Shown: piece after piece, positions 38,702 through 48,226 of the stretch
Layout of the letters: each line of letters opens with the position of its first letter
How positions within the stretch are numbered: the first letter of the stretch is position 1
NCBI GenBank assembly: GCA_963778655.1
Contig: CAVZVA010000009.1
Location: forward strand, 576,001 to 640,000
DNA: 64,000 nt
Source of the DNA: an uncultured delta proteobacterium
GTDB taxonomy: Bacteria > Myxococcota_A > Polyangia > Polyangiales > JAFGIB01
Direction of reading: 5' to 3'
Program-made: the position numbers and the translations under genes
The notes under the pieces: model-generated
The model's input: only the letters and a program-made list of their open reading frames with translations
Database searches by the model: none
Told to the model about the DNA's origin: nothing

Positions 38702-40111
38702 GTGGACGATCATCCCAACGCTTTGCAGCCGTCCGTGCTTCTCGTCGAGGACGAGGCGGACGAAAGCGCGGCGCTCGAGCTATGGCTGCGGCGAGCCGGC
38801 TGTGGGGTCGTCTCGGTCAGATCGGCGGCGCTCGCGCTGGAAAGGCTCGGCGCTGGGAGCTTCGACCTGGTTCTGACCGACCTTGTTATGAACGAAATGG
38901 ACGGGTTGGCCCTGTGCGAGCGCATCGTGGGCGTGCGGCCGGACATTCCTGTTGTCGTCATCACCGGACACGCGAGCATGGAGGCGGCCGTCGCTGCCCT
39001 GCGTGCCGGCGCCTACGACTTCATCACCAAGCCTGTCAACCCCGAGCTGCTTGCCCACAGCGTGTCCCGAGCGCTGCAACAGGGTCGGCTTCGAAACGAG
39101 CTCAAGAGGCTCCGCGAGGCGCCAGACGAGAGCGACAATCCCGACCTGGTCGGCGAGAGCGCGGCTATGCGCTCTGTTCACGAGTTGATCGCACGCGTGG
39201 CGGACAGCAACGCTTCTGTGCTCATTCAGGGAGAAACGGGCACCGGCAAGGAGCTGGTCGCGCGCGCGATCCACGCGCACAGCCGGCGTAGCAAGGGGCC
39301 TTTCGTCGCACTGAACTGCGCCGCCGTTCCCTATGCGCTCCTCGAGAGCGAGCTGTTTGGACATGCTCGAGGGGCGTTCACCGACGCCAAGAACGTGCGC
39401 GCCGGACTGCTGCGTCAGGCTCAAGGTGGCACGCTGTTTCTCGACGAGATAGGCGATCTTCCGCAGGAGACGCAACCCAAGCTACTGCGCGCGCTGCAAC
39501 AGCGAACGGTTCGCCCCGTGGGGGCCGACGTCGAAGTTGCGTTCGACGCCCGGATCATCACCGCCACAAACAAGGACTTGGAGTACGAGGTGTCCGAAAA
39601 CCGATTCCGCGACGATCTCTTTTACAGGATCAACGTCGTCAGAATCGATATTCCGCCGTTGCGCGACCGCGGCGGGGACGTACTCAGGCTCGCGCAACAT
39701 TTCCTTGCCAAGTGGGCCCAGGTCGACGGCAAGGACGCGCTCGAGCTATCGGCCTCCGCTGCCCAGAAGCTGATGGCTTACGACTGGCCCGGAAACGTTC
39801 GGGAGCTGGAGAACTGCATGGAGAGAGCGGTCGCGCTCGCGCGCTTCGATCAGCTGACGGTCGAAGATCTCCCAGAGAAGATTCGTAGATATTCCGTCGA
39901 TCATTTCGCCATCGCTGCGAACGACGCCACGGAGATCGTGTCGATCGAGGAAATCGAACGACGCTATATCTTGCGCGTGGTCGGGTTGCTCGGCGGCAAC
40001 AGGTCGCGGGCGGCCGAAGCGCTGGGCATCGATCGGCGCACACTCTATCGGCGTATGGAAAAATACGAGGGGTTAGCAGGTAAGAAGGCTCTAGAGCACC
40101 GAGCAGATTGA
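38702..40111 (+). CDS. Sigma-54-dependent response regulator (NtrC/AtoC/ZraR-type: REC-AAA+-Fis HTH)
   Basis: Motifs VLTDLVM, GETGTGKE, ESELFGHARGAFTDA, FLDEIGD, WPGNVRELEN and GNRSRAAEALGIDRRTLYRR. Confidence 0.95.
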   Translation: MDDHPNALQPSVLLVEDEADESAALELWLRRAGCGVVSVRSAALALERLGAGSFDLVLTDLVMNEMDGLALCERIVGVRPDIPVVVITGHASMEAAVAALRAGAYDFITKPVNPELLAHSVSRALQQGRLRNELKRLREAPDESDNPDLVGESAAMRSVHELIARVADSNASVLIQGETGTGKELVARAIHAHSRRSKGPFVALNCAAVPYALLESELFGHARGAFTDAKNVRAGLLRQAQGGTLFLDEIGDLPQETQPKLLRALQQRTVRPVGADVEVAFDARIITATNKDLEYEVSENRFRDDLFYRINVVRIDIPPLRDRGGDVLRLAQHFLAKWAQVDGKDALELSASAAQKLMAYDWPGNVRELENCMERAVALARFDQLTVEDLPEKIRRYSVDHFAIAANDATEIVSIEEIERRYILRVVGLLGGNRSRAAEALGIDRRTLYRRMEKYEGLAGKKALEHRAD

Positions 40112-40163
40112 GCGCCCATGATTTCCTTCGTCTTTCCCCAGATGGCTCCGCTCCGGCTCGGCC

Positions 40164-40517
40164 TCAGTCGGGGCGGAGCCGATTTCGGTGCTGAACCGCT
40201 CGGGGGGAGCCGGGGCCGGCCTGGAGTCGCTGCGGTCCGCTTCGCCTCGGGCGGAAGATCGTGACATGGCTTGCCATGAAAGCGTTGTGCATCGCGACAA
40301 GCACGACGGATGTCGCCATTGCGACGCACATGCTCCAGAAATTGAACGGCGTGACAACCACTCCGCCCAGCAGGCGGTAAGCCACGGCTCCGGCCACGGC
40401 AGCAAGGGAAATCGCGGACACGACATCGAAGACGATACCCAAGCGTGTTCCGCTGACGGCTTGAGCTGCGACCAAACCGGAAATCATACCCAACAGAATC
40501 CATGCGGCGGCGGACAT
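40164..40517 (-). CDS. GlsB/YeaQ/YmgE-family stress-response membrane protein
   Basis: WILLGMISGLVA...GIVFDVV...FNFWSMCVAMA pattern with three TM segments. Confidence 0.65.
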   Translation of the reverse strand: MSAAAWILLGMISGLVAAQAVSGTRLGIVFDVVSAISLAAVAGAVAYRLLGGVVVTPFNFWSMCVAMATSVVLVAMHNAFMASHVTIFRPRRSGPQRLQAGPGSPRAVQHRNRLRPD

Positions 40518-40717
40518 TGGTCACTCCGTCAATTCGAGCACGACAGATAACAATTCCGGTGCCTGTCCATGATAGATGCAAGCTTCGATCCACCACGGGT
40601 GCTCCGGTGGCTCCGTGGGAGACTCGCGCTGCTGATGGGCAAGCGGCCAGCAGGTCGCTCAGGTGACGTCGATCGGGCGCGAGAGCTGGGGCGGAAATGC
40701 AGCCAGACGCAACCGAC

Positions 40718-40731
40718 TGGGGCATTTTCGC
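40718..40731 (-). promoter_or_regulatory. Candidate enhancer-binding site
   Basis: The minus strand reads GCGAAAATGCCCCA, in the divergent intergenic region. Confidence 0.5.
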
Positions 40732-40831
40732 GGCGGAGTCGACCTTCGTACCCAGTGGGTTCACCCGTTGGAATTGCTCGCGATTTCACCGGTGGCCCGC
40801 GGCCACTGTGGACGGCGGTGTCCCGCAGCGA

Positions 40832-40847
40832 TGGCATGCGCGATGCA
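40832..40847 (+). promoter_or_regulatory. Sigma-54 -24/-12 promoter
   Basis: TGGCATGCGCGATGCA (GG-N10-GC), upstream of the single-domain response regulator. Confidence 0.65.
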
Positions 40848-40934
40848 TCGAGGCCTGACGGGAAACGGCGGCGGGAGCAGCCGCTGTGAGCGGCGATGCG
40901 CGCCGCCCCAACCAAGCAACGGAGCGTCCACCCC

Positions 40935-41381
40935 ATGAGCAGCGAAGCCCCCAGCCTGGATGACGATGGAAGTATCTCGCGCAACGGGGGCGGCAACGTC
41001 GTGTTGGCTGAGGACGACGGCGACCTTCGCGAAGCACTGGCGCTCGCGATGCGCCGGGAAGGCCACGAGGTTGTCGAGCTGGCGAATGGATGGGAGCTGC
41101 TGCAGCATTTGGCCATGCACATGCTCGCCGACGGATCACTCCCACCGATAGACGTTGTGATTTCAGATGTCCGCATGCCGGGCAAGAGCGGTCTGGATGT
41201 CCTGGCCGGCGTACAGTGGGCGCGGCAGCCCGTGCCTTTCATTTTGATCACCGCGTTTGCCGATTCCCAAACTCGAGCCGAAGCGTGGCGTCTCGGGGCG
41301 GTCGCGTTCCTCAGCAAGCCCTTCAGCTTAGACGACATCCGCACGCTGGTGCGCGACGCGGTTTCCCGCCAGGTGCCGTGA
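40935..41381 (+). CDS. Single-domain response regulator
   Basis: Motifs VLAEDD, VISDVRMPG, ITAF and KPF. Confidence 0.88.
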   Translation: MSSEAPSLDDDGSISRNGGGNVVLAEDDGDLREALALAMRREGHEVVELANGWELLQHLAMHMLADGSLPPIDVVISDVRMPGKSGLDVLAGVQWARQPVPFILITAFADSQTRAEAWRLGAVAFLSKPFSLDDIRTLVRDAVSRQVP

Positions 41382-41467
41382 CCTTGAAGGTCAAGTCTGG
41401 GCTTCCTTCGTAGTACCAGAGAAGGCGCCGAACCACGACGCCGCCAGGGCAGCAGCCGCGACTCGGC

Positions 41468-43393
41468 TCAGAAGAACGGCCCGCCGCAGAACGCGTTCGA
41501 CACGCAGTTGAGTCCCGGCGGACAGTCGCTCGCTTGTGAGCATGCGACCACGCACGAGGCCTGGGCGGTGCAAGCGGTGCTCTGATTGTTCTGGTACAGG
41601 GTGTAGCCGGGCACGGTGCGGCACATTCCGTTGCTGCATTGCGGCAAGCAGATCGGGCTGGTCTGCCCGGTGATCGCGCCGATCTGCAGCGAGATCGCGC
41701 ACATCTCATTGGTGGCGCAATCGGTATCGCTAGAGCACTTCTTTCGGTACGACGTGCCCGAGCTGCCGGCCGACAGGCCGGTGAAAGTGCAATTGGTCTG
41801 ATCGCACTCCCAGTTGTTCAAGAACGGTGCCGTGGGGTCGCACTGCTCGCCGGCCTGCGTATCGGTGACGCCGTTGCCGCACGAGTCGACGCAGCTCGTG
41901 CCCGAGCACATCTTCAGCGTGCCGCAGGAACCTGTCTTCACCTGCTGCTCGCAAGCGTTGGTGCTGGTGTTGCAATGCCCGACCGTGCACAGACCGTTGA
42001 AGCGCGTACACTGCGCATCAGAAACGCATTCGCGGCACTGCTGGTTGGCCGTGCAGACGCCAGAGCTGCAGTTGCCCGGCTGGCCCGGGGTAACGTTTGC
42101 GTACTGGCATTGGCCGCCGGAACAGCTCTTGATCTGACAGGTCCGATCCGCGCACTCGGACGCGTTGCTGCATTGCACGCACACGCCGGTATCGCAGTGG
42201 CCGAGCGAGCAGCTCACCGTGTTGCCAGCGCTTTGCGGCTGGCAGACGTTGGTCGTGGCGTCGCAATACTTGAGCTTGCACTCGCCCGGATCCGGACAGT
42301 CCTGATCGTAGAGGCAGCTCGCACAGTTGCCGGCGCCGTCGCAGAAGCCGCCGCTGCAGGGCGTCTGGACCTTGACAAAATCCGGTATGCAGCCTCCGCT
42401 CCCGAGGTCGCAGTGTCGCGTCTTGCAGGTGCCGGGATCGGGGCAGTCGCTGTCGCTCGCGCACTGCACGCATTGGCCGTTGCCGACGCACTCCGGCATC
42501 GCGCTCGGACACGCGGAGCGATCGTAGTCCTGCCCGGTGGAGTTGCAAGTCACGGTGGTATGCATGTCGCAGGTCTTGGTGCCGGGAACGCAGACGTCGC
42601 ACACGCCCGCGGCCGCGTCGCACAGCCCTGGGTTGCAGCTCTGCACGTCGTCCCAACCGTCCTGGCTCGCGTTGCACTTGCGCAAGAGATCGCCCTGGCA
42701 GGAGAACTGGCCCAGCGAGCAGGTCGAGCTGGTGCAATCTCCGGCGCCCGCGTTGCACAAGGCGGCGGTCGGACAGGTCTTTACGCTGGCGAAGCTCTGG
42801 CCGTCGTCGTCGCAGAGCTCGAGGCTCGTGTCGGTGCACCGATACTCGCCGGGCAGGCAGCCCGCGCACACGCCGTTCGCGAGCCCCAGCTGGCAATGTC
42901 GCACGCTGGCGCAAGCTTGCATCGACTCCGCGACGCCCTGCGCGTTGCAGTGGAACATCACGCCTTGAGCGTCGCACGCGTCCTGGTTCGCATTGCCCTT
43001 GCAGAACTCCGCGACGGCCAGACACGAGCCGGTGCTGTCGGGTTTTGTGCTGCACACCTCGTCGGTCTGGCAGGCATCGGTCGGAGCCCATGTGCCGCCC
43101 GCACAGCGCTCGCGCTGCCCACTGGAGCCGCTGCAGCGCAGCGCTCCCGGGGTTGCGCAGGCTTCCGCGGTTGACCCGTCTCCCGGGTTGAGGGCACCGC
43201 CGGCGTCGCCGGCACCTGCGCCTGCGCCGCTGCCGACTTGCCCCAAGCCCGCCTCCGGACCCGCGTTACCCCCCGCGAGCACGCCCGAATCGTCGGTCCC
43301 GGGATTTCCGGACTTTGCAAGCGGCGGCTTGAGCGGCGTGCAGGCCGCCGCCAGCACGAGCCCCGCAATCCATCCGCAGAAGTGCTTTGGCAC
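41468..43393 (-). CDS. Cys-rich surface lipoprotein
   Basis: GTG at 43393 follows GGGAGG. Lipobox AAAC, a Gly/Ala linker, and many CxxDxxC / EGF-like Cys repeats including CGNG...GEQCD. Confidence 0.75.
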   Translation of the reverse strand: MPKHFCGWIAGLVLAAACTPLKPPLAKSGNPGTDDSGVLAGGNAGPEAGLGQVGSGAGAGAGDAGGALNPGDGSTAEACATPGALRCSGSSGQRERCAGGTWAPTDACQTDEVCSTKPDSTGSCLAVAEFCKGNANQDACDAQGVMFHCNAQGVAESMQACASVRHCQLGLANGVCAGCLPGEYRCTDTSLELCDDDGQSFASVKTCPTAALCNAGAGDCTSSTCSLGQFSCQGDLLRKCNASQDGWDDVQSCNPGLCDAAAGVCDVCVPGTKTCDMHTTVTCNSTGQDYDRSACPSAMPECVGNGQCVQCASDSDCPDPGTCKTRHCDLGSGGCIPDFVKVQTPCSGGFCDGAGNCASCLYDQDCPDPGECKLKYCDATTNVCQPQSAGNTVSCSLGHCDTGVCVQCSNASECADRTCQIKSCSGGQCQYANVTPGQPGNCSSGVCTANQQCRECVSDAQCTRFNGLCTVGHCNTSTNACEQQVKTGSCGTLKMCSGTSCVDSCGNGVTDTQAGEQCDPTAPFLNNWECDQTNCTFTGLSAGSSGTSYRKKCSSDTDCATNEMCAISLQIGAITGQTSPICLPQCSNGMCRTVPGYTLYQNNQSTACTAQASCVVACSQASDCPPGLNCVSNAFCGGPFF

Positions 43394-43699
43394 GCAGACC
43401 TCCCGAGCTGGTTGCCGTGGCTCCACTCTCTGGATCGTGCGAAAGCGGCTGCAGGTCGTGCGCCGAGGCCGCTGCGAATCCACGCAACCGGGCGATTTCA
43501 TAGCGCGAGAACCGGGTGCGGCCACAGAAAATTGCGCGGCGCCACCGAATCGGCATCGACCTCGGGTCGAAGGGAGCGGTGGCGGTAGCGTTCGTCGTGG
43601 TGCCGCCGCGCACAGCTGATCGTGCTGGGTGGGCTCGGTGTGCGCGGCGGTGCCGGATCAAGGCTGACCGGCCGGTGCGCTTGGGTAACCGTTGCGGGC

Positions 43700-44206
43700 T
43701 CACGGCTCGTACGCGACTTCGGCGATCACGAAGGTCGCGTCGCCCTTTGGCCGCGGCACTTCGACTTCGTCGCCGGCGCGTCTGCGCAGCAGCGCGCGCC
43801 CGAGCGGCGAGTCGATGCTGATTCGCCTTTGCGCCGGATCGGTCTCGTCCGCGCCGACGATCTGGTAGCGGACCAGATTGCCGTCTTCATCTTCGAGCGT
43901 CACCCAGGCGCCAAAGTACACGCGCCCGTCACGCGTCGGCGGCTCGTCGACGATCTCGAGCACATGGAGCCGTTTGCCGAGGTAGGCGAGCCGCCGATCG
44001 ATCTCGGCGAGCTTGCGCTTGCCGTAAATATACTCCGCGTTCTCCGAGCGGTCGCCTTCAGCCGCAGCCACTGCAACCGACTTGACCAGCTTCGGCCGCT
44101 CGACATTCCACAGCCGTTCGGCTTCTTGTTCCAGGCGGCGATAGCCCGCACGGCTGATCGGTCCCGGTCGCCCTGACTCGTCGGGTCGCGTGCGCATGCG
44201 GGACAT
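43700..44206 (-). CDS. greB: Transcription elongation factor GreB
   Basis: Motifs ERPKLVKSVAVAAAEGDRSENAEYIYGKRKLAEIDRRL, VYFGAWV and ISIDSPLGRALL. Confidence 0.93.
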   Translation of the reverse strand: MSRMRTRPDESGRPGPISRAGYRRLEQEAERLWNVERPKLVKSVAVAAAEGDRSENAEYIYGKRKLAEIDRRLAYLGKRLHVLEIVDEPPTRDGRVYFGAWVTLEDEDGNLVRYQIVGADETDPAQRRISIDSPLGRALLRRRAGDEVEVPRPKGDATFVIAEVAYEP

Positions 44207-44517
44207 GGTGGCCGCAGTCTACTACGGGCAGAAGCGCCGGCAATCCGAAGAGAGCATCCGGCGCCGCTGGCGAAGGCGACGCGGTCACGCGTTCAGCCTT
44301 CGTGGCCACGATCGAGCCGTTGGGAAAGTGGGCGTGCAACCGTGGCTGCGGCACCGGAGCTTCAACGCTCGGGCGTCGCGAGCAGGTGGCGCGCGAGCCA
44401 TGGCGGAAGTGCTTGCTCGCGGATCTGGCGACCCCAGTCCCGGCGGAAACGAGCGGCAGCTAGCGAGGTCACCCCGCCGCGCTGAGAGATCCGAGGTGGG
44501 CGGCAGGGCAGGGACGG

Positions 44518-46221
44518 TCAGTCGCCCGCGCGAAGACCGACGAGAAGTGCGCCGACGTCTTGAGCGCGGGCGTGAGCGCCAAGAAAGGATCGCACCGTTG
44601 CCTTGAGCTCGGCACTCGTTCGCTTCGGATGGGCCACGATCAGAGGAATGCGTGAATCCTCCTTCGACGGGCTCCCGTGCCATGAATGGTAGAGCGAGGC
44701 AAAGTAGTAGCGATCCTGGACTTGCGATCGATCGCCGTTATGGGCAAGCAGCAGGACATCGCCCGCACGTTCGCCGTGCGGGCCCACGGCGAGATCGCGC
44801 AAGCGTGACGCGAATGCAACGTAGGTCGGGTGTGGATGAGCTCGAAGATACGCGTCGAGCGCCTCGGTCTTGCCGTTGCCGACGTACACTTCGAATGGCA
44901 AATCGTCTTCGGAGACGGGCACGGCCTTTCGGGTCAGAACGAGGTCCAGAGCCCCCTTCATGCCGGGAGCAAGGCTGCCGTCCAGATTGTTGCGATAGAA
45001 TGCATCGGCGGCCGGAACGACGTCTTCCTCGTAACGGGGCGGTCGAGTCCAGTCGCAAGCCGTCGAAGCGTCGGCACACGAGGAGCGGTCGGCCAAGTAC
45101 ACATACGCAATCGCGCCTTGGTAGGCCAATACGCTTTGAAACGCTTCCGAGCTCGGCAGGTCGCCTTCGAACGGCCGAACGCGGTAGCCGGCCTTTCTGA
45201 GCACCGCGGGAGGATCGTTGTCGTCCTTGGTCGAGAGAGCATGCGCATCGTCTTTGACCACTTCCGTATGCCCGTGGTCGCTCACGACGACGACATATCG
45301 GCCCTCGAGGGCGTTCCTTTCGAGCAAGCGCTTGCGCAGCGAGCCGATCGCTGGATCGACGATCTCTCTCATGTAGCTCCTGCGGGCGACGTCGGGCCCT
45401 TCCGCGGAGACGTGCGCCCAGGCATCGGTACCGAAGAGATAGATCGTCAGCACATCGGGAAGGGGGCCATCCTCGAGTTGATCGACGACGACCTCGACAT
45501 CCTCTGTGTCGAGGTTCGCCCAGATGTCTCGGGGAAGATTCGTTTGCGTGTACCCCTCCAAGAATGCATCCCAGGCCGCCTCGATGACACTGCGCCTGGT
45601 CAGAAGCAGCCGGTCCGCACCGCGATAGAACTGGCTCATCGAAACCCAGATCTTGATGTTGGGTTCTCGTTGGCGCATGGTCTGGTAGATGGTCGGCGCG
45701 TCCAACAACCTGTTGGCATAGCCTTCCGTGAACACGGAGAGGGCTTTGGCCGGTGCGTCAACGCTGACGGGGATTGGTGCCGCGAACTCGTTTCGCTCTC
45801 TGATAAAGAACTCGTTGCCGGCAAAACCATGCTGTGCGGGCGGGACGCCCGTGAACATGGTGGCCCAAGCCGTTCCTGTCGTGGAGGGCACGGTGGTCAA
45901 GACGTCGGGAGCGAAGTACGCATGCGGAAAACCGCCCGATGTGCTCTTGCCAAGCAACGCCGCCAGCTCGGGCAGCTCCCCGGTGGTCAGCATGGAGTAG
46001 AGCAGATCCCGGCCCATCCCATCGATGGCAAGCACGAGAAGGCCGTGCTGCGAAGGCGCGTTCGGCGGTGCACCTGAAGCCCGCGTGCGCAGTGTCCGGT
46101 CTTCCCCCTGAAAGACGACTCTGATGAGCTGCGAGAATGCGGCGCACGCACTCAGGAACACCATGGCTGCAAGCACCAGGCATTTCAAGGTTCCCGATCT
46201 GTGTGCCAGCTGCGGCTTCAC
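44518..46221 (-). CDS. Alkaline phosphatase superfamily (nucleotide pyrophosphatase/phosphodiesterase-like) lipoprotein
   Basis: Motifs LAIDG, PSTT...WATMFTG, DAWAH, VVSDHGH and SWHGS, with a lipobox-like LSAC. Confidence 0.8.
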   Translation of the reverse strand: MKPQLAHRSGTLKCLVLAAMVFLSACAAFSQLIRVVFQGEDRTLRTRASGAPPNAPSQHGLLVLAIDGMGRDLLYSMLTTGELPELAALLGKSTSGGFPHAYFAPDVLTTVPSTTGTAWATMFTGVPPAQHGFAGNEFFIRERNEFAAPIPVSVDAPAKALSVFTEGYANRLLDAPTIYQTMRQREPNIKIWVSMSQFYRGADRLLLTRRSVIEAAWDAFLEGYTQTNLPRDIWANLDTEDVEVVVDQLEDGPLPDVLTIYLFGTDAWAHVSAEGPDVARRSYMREIVDPAIGSLRKRLLERNALEGRYVVVVSDHGHTEVVKDDAHALSTKDDNDPPAVLRKAGYRVRPFEGDLPSSEAFQSVLAYQGAIAYVYLADRSSCADASTACDWTRPPRYEEDVVPAADAFYRNNLDGSLAPGMKGALDLVLTRKAVPVSEDDLPFEVYVGNGKTEALDAYLRAHPHPTYVAFASRLRDLAVGPHGERAGDVLLLAHNGDRSQVQDRYYFASLYHSWHGSPSKEDSRIPLIVAHPKRTSAELKATVRSFLGAHARAQDVGALLVGLRAGD

Positions 46222-46582
46222 GCGATTGATCCGAAGTCATGCTTGTGGTCGTCGAGATTGGCAAGCGCAAAGGCTCGAAGAACGAGCGGTCGGAGGCGGG
46301 TACGGCTGCAAGACAATCACTGCAGCGCAAGCGTGAGGTTCCTGAAGCTTGCGCCGTCCGGCGGGCGCAGAAGGAACGCCGTGCCGTCCTTGACGAATGC
46401 TACGTCGGCGGCGATGGCGTCCTTCCGCTGCCAACGCGGCCGGGGTCGCACCGCGCCGACCGCGCCGTGTGACTCGCGGAGCCTGATGGCCGCGTTCCGC
46501 GTCGGCGGGTGCCGGGCCCCAGCGCCACCTCCGGAGAACACGCCGCCCAAGAAGCCCTTCTCGGAGTGGAGGACGCAGAGCT

Positions 46583-46835
46583 CCTCTTTGCCGGGGTTGG
46601 AGAGGGAACGCTGGGCGCGCTGGTCGAGAACACTCATCTGAGCTGCATCGTCGGCTCCGGTGTGGCCGTGCCAACGGAGCTCGTTGGTCATCCGGTGGGC
46701 ATCGGCAAGTCGATGATGTCTCGTCAGTCGCTGATCGACAAGATCGGCGGTCTCGAGAGTGTGGCGTACATGCTCGCCGAGGATTACGTGATCGGCCGCA
46801 TGTCTCACGAGGTGGGCTTCGATGTCCGCGCATGA
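46583..46835 (+). pseudogene. Internal fragment of a ceramide glucosyltransferase-like (GT2/GT21, HpnI-like) gene
   Basis: GEGTLGALVEN...GKSMMSRQSLIDKIGGL...LAEDYVIG. No N- or C-terminal parts are present. Confidence 0.55.
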
Positions 46836-47063
46836 CCTGGCTCGACTGCCACGTTGCCGTCTGCTTGGTCGCGGGGCGTCCAAAACTCGGACGGAGATCC
46901 GGGACGGCCCGCCGCGGATGGACGGACGATCCGCCGCCGCTGAGCGCAAGAGCGCCGTGATCTCACGCCCGCAGCGGCCTTGGACGGCGGCACCGTGCTT
47001 GCAGAGAGAGCTCGTGCGTGGGTCACGCCGCTCACGCGCTGCCGCTCGGGACGGCATTTTGCA

Positions 47064-47170
47064 CACGACTTCGAGCGCCACCGGCCCGAAGACAGCGTGC
47101 TGTACGAGACGCTGGCCGAGCACTGGGAAAGCTTCCTCGGGCTGGCCCAGGAGCAAGCTGGGCTTGCCGG
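47064..47170 (+). mobile_element. N-terminal remnant of an IS91-like transposase
   Basis: FERHRPEDSVLYETLAEHWESFL resembles the leader preceding the zinc-binding domain of IS91-like transposases. The rest is absent. Confidence 0.5.
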
Positions 47171-47256
47171 TCGCTGTCGGTTGCGGTTGCTTGCCGCCGT
47201 GCCCATGTTTCTGAGGCACGAAGCCAGCGCTCGACGCACAGCCGACGGAGAACCCA

Positions 47257-47787
47257 ATGAGCACCCACGCCGACAGTCATTGCGTAGCGGTTTTCGATCG
47301 TCACCAAGACGCGGAGTTCGGGATCCGCGAGTTACAGCGCGCGGGCTTCGACATGAAGAACCTATCGATCGTCGGGCGCGACTACCACACCGAGGAACAC
47401 GCGGTCGGTTTCTACAACGCCGGGGACCGCGTCAAGTACTGGGGAAAGCAGGGGGCGTTCTGGGGAAGCGTCTTCGGGATCTTGTTTGCGCCCGCGTTCT
47501 TCTGGATCCCAGGTATCGGCCCGATTCTGACCGGAGGCATCATCGGGTCGATCGTGATGGGCATGGTCGAAGGCGCTGCCGCCGGGGCGGTGGTCGGTGG
47601 AGGCGTCAGCGTGTTGGGGGCAGCGCTCGCGAGCCTGGGTATCCCCAAGGACAGCGTGATCCGGTACGAAGCCGCGTTGAAGGCCAACAAGTTCTTGCTG
47701 ATCGCGAGCGGACCTGCCGTGGAGGTGGAGCGTGCGCGCCGCATTCTTGCCGAGCGTGCCGGCCTGGTGAACGTTCACGCCGCATGA
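47257..47787 (+). CDS. General stress membrane protein (YflT/DUF1269-like)
   Basis: LQRAGFDMKNLSIVGRDYHTEEHAVGFY...WGKQGAFWG...IPGIGP...LGIPKDSVIRYE. Confidence 0.8.
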   Translation: MSTHADSHCVAVFDRHQDAEFGIRELQRAGFDMKNLSIVGRDYHTEEHAVGFYNAGDRVKYWGKQGAFWGSVFGILFAPAFFWIPGIGPILTGGIIGSIVMGMVEGAAAGAVVGGGVSVLGAALASLGIPKDSVIRYEAALKANKFLLIASGPAVEVERARRILAERAGLVNVHAA

Positions 47788-48160
47788 AGCCGCACGAACG
47801 TGGCGCCGCGCGGCTGCGGAAGGTCCAATCTCGAAGATTGCGCACGTTCATCGCGTTGGTGTCGATGCACTCGCGCTGCAAGCGTCGGTGTGCTGGGTTA
47901 CACGTTGCGTGTGGGGCTGTGCAGCGACGGCGCCTGGAGCGAGTGGCGCGTCCTCGGTTCTGTCGATCGCACGTAATTGCTCCGCCAGCGGCAGTGAAGG
48001 CCGGGGCGTCGCTCTCTGCGCGTCCTCGCACGCGACCTCTTCACGCGACGTCGTCGAAGAGGCGCCAAGCGCGAGCGCGATTCGGAAGCGGGTCTGGACG
48101 AGCTCGGTCAGGATCGGTCCAAAGCCCGAGTTTGGCCCAACGACTCAACACGGAAGCGTG

Positions 48161-48176
48161 CGGCACGGCGGATGCA
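48161..48176 (+). promoter_or_regulatory. Sigma-54 -24/-12 promoter
   Basis: CGGCACGGCGGATGCA (GG-N10-GC), about 50 bp before the SPFH start. Confidence 0.65.
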
Positions 48177-48226
48177 TGCAATTTCGATCCGGTCCGGAAG
48201 GCAATCCGCTGAAAGGGCAAAGATCC

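Noticed and set aside
37784..38713. 309-aa minus-strand ORF
   Set aside because: Low-complexity Arg/Pro/Ala translation that overlaps promoters and the better-supported Zn-ribbon gene.
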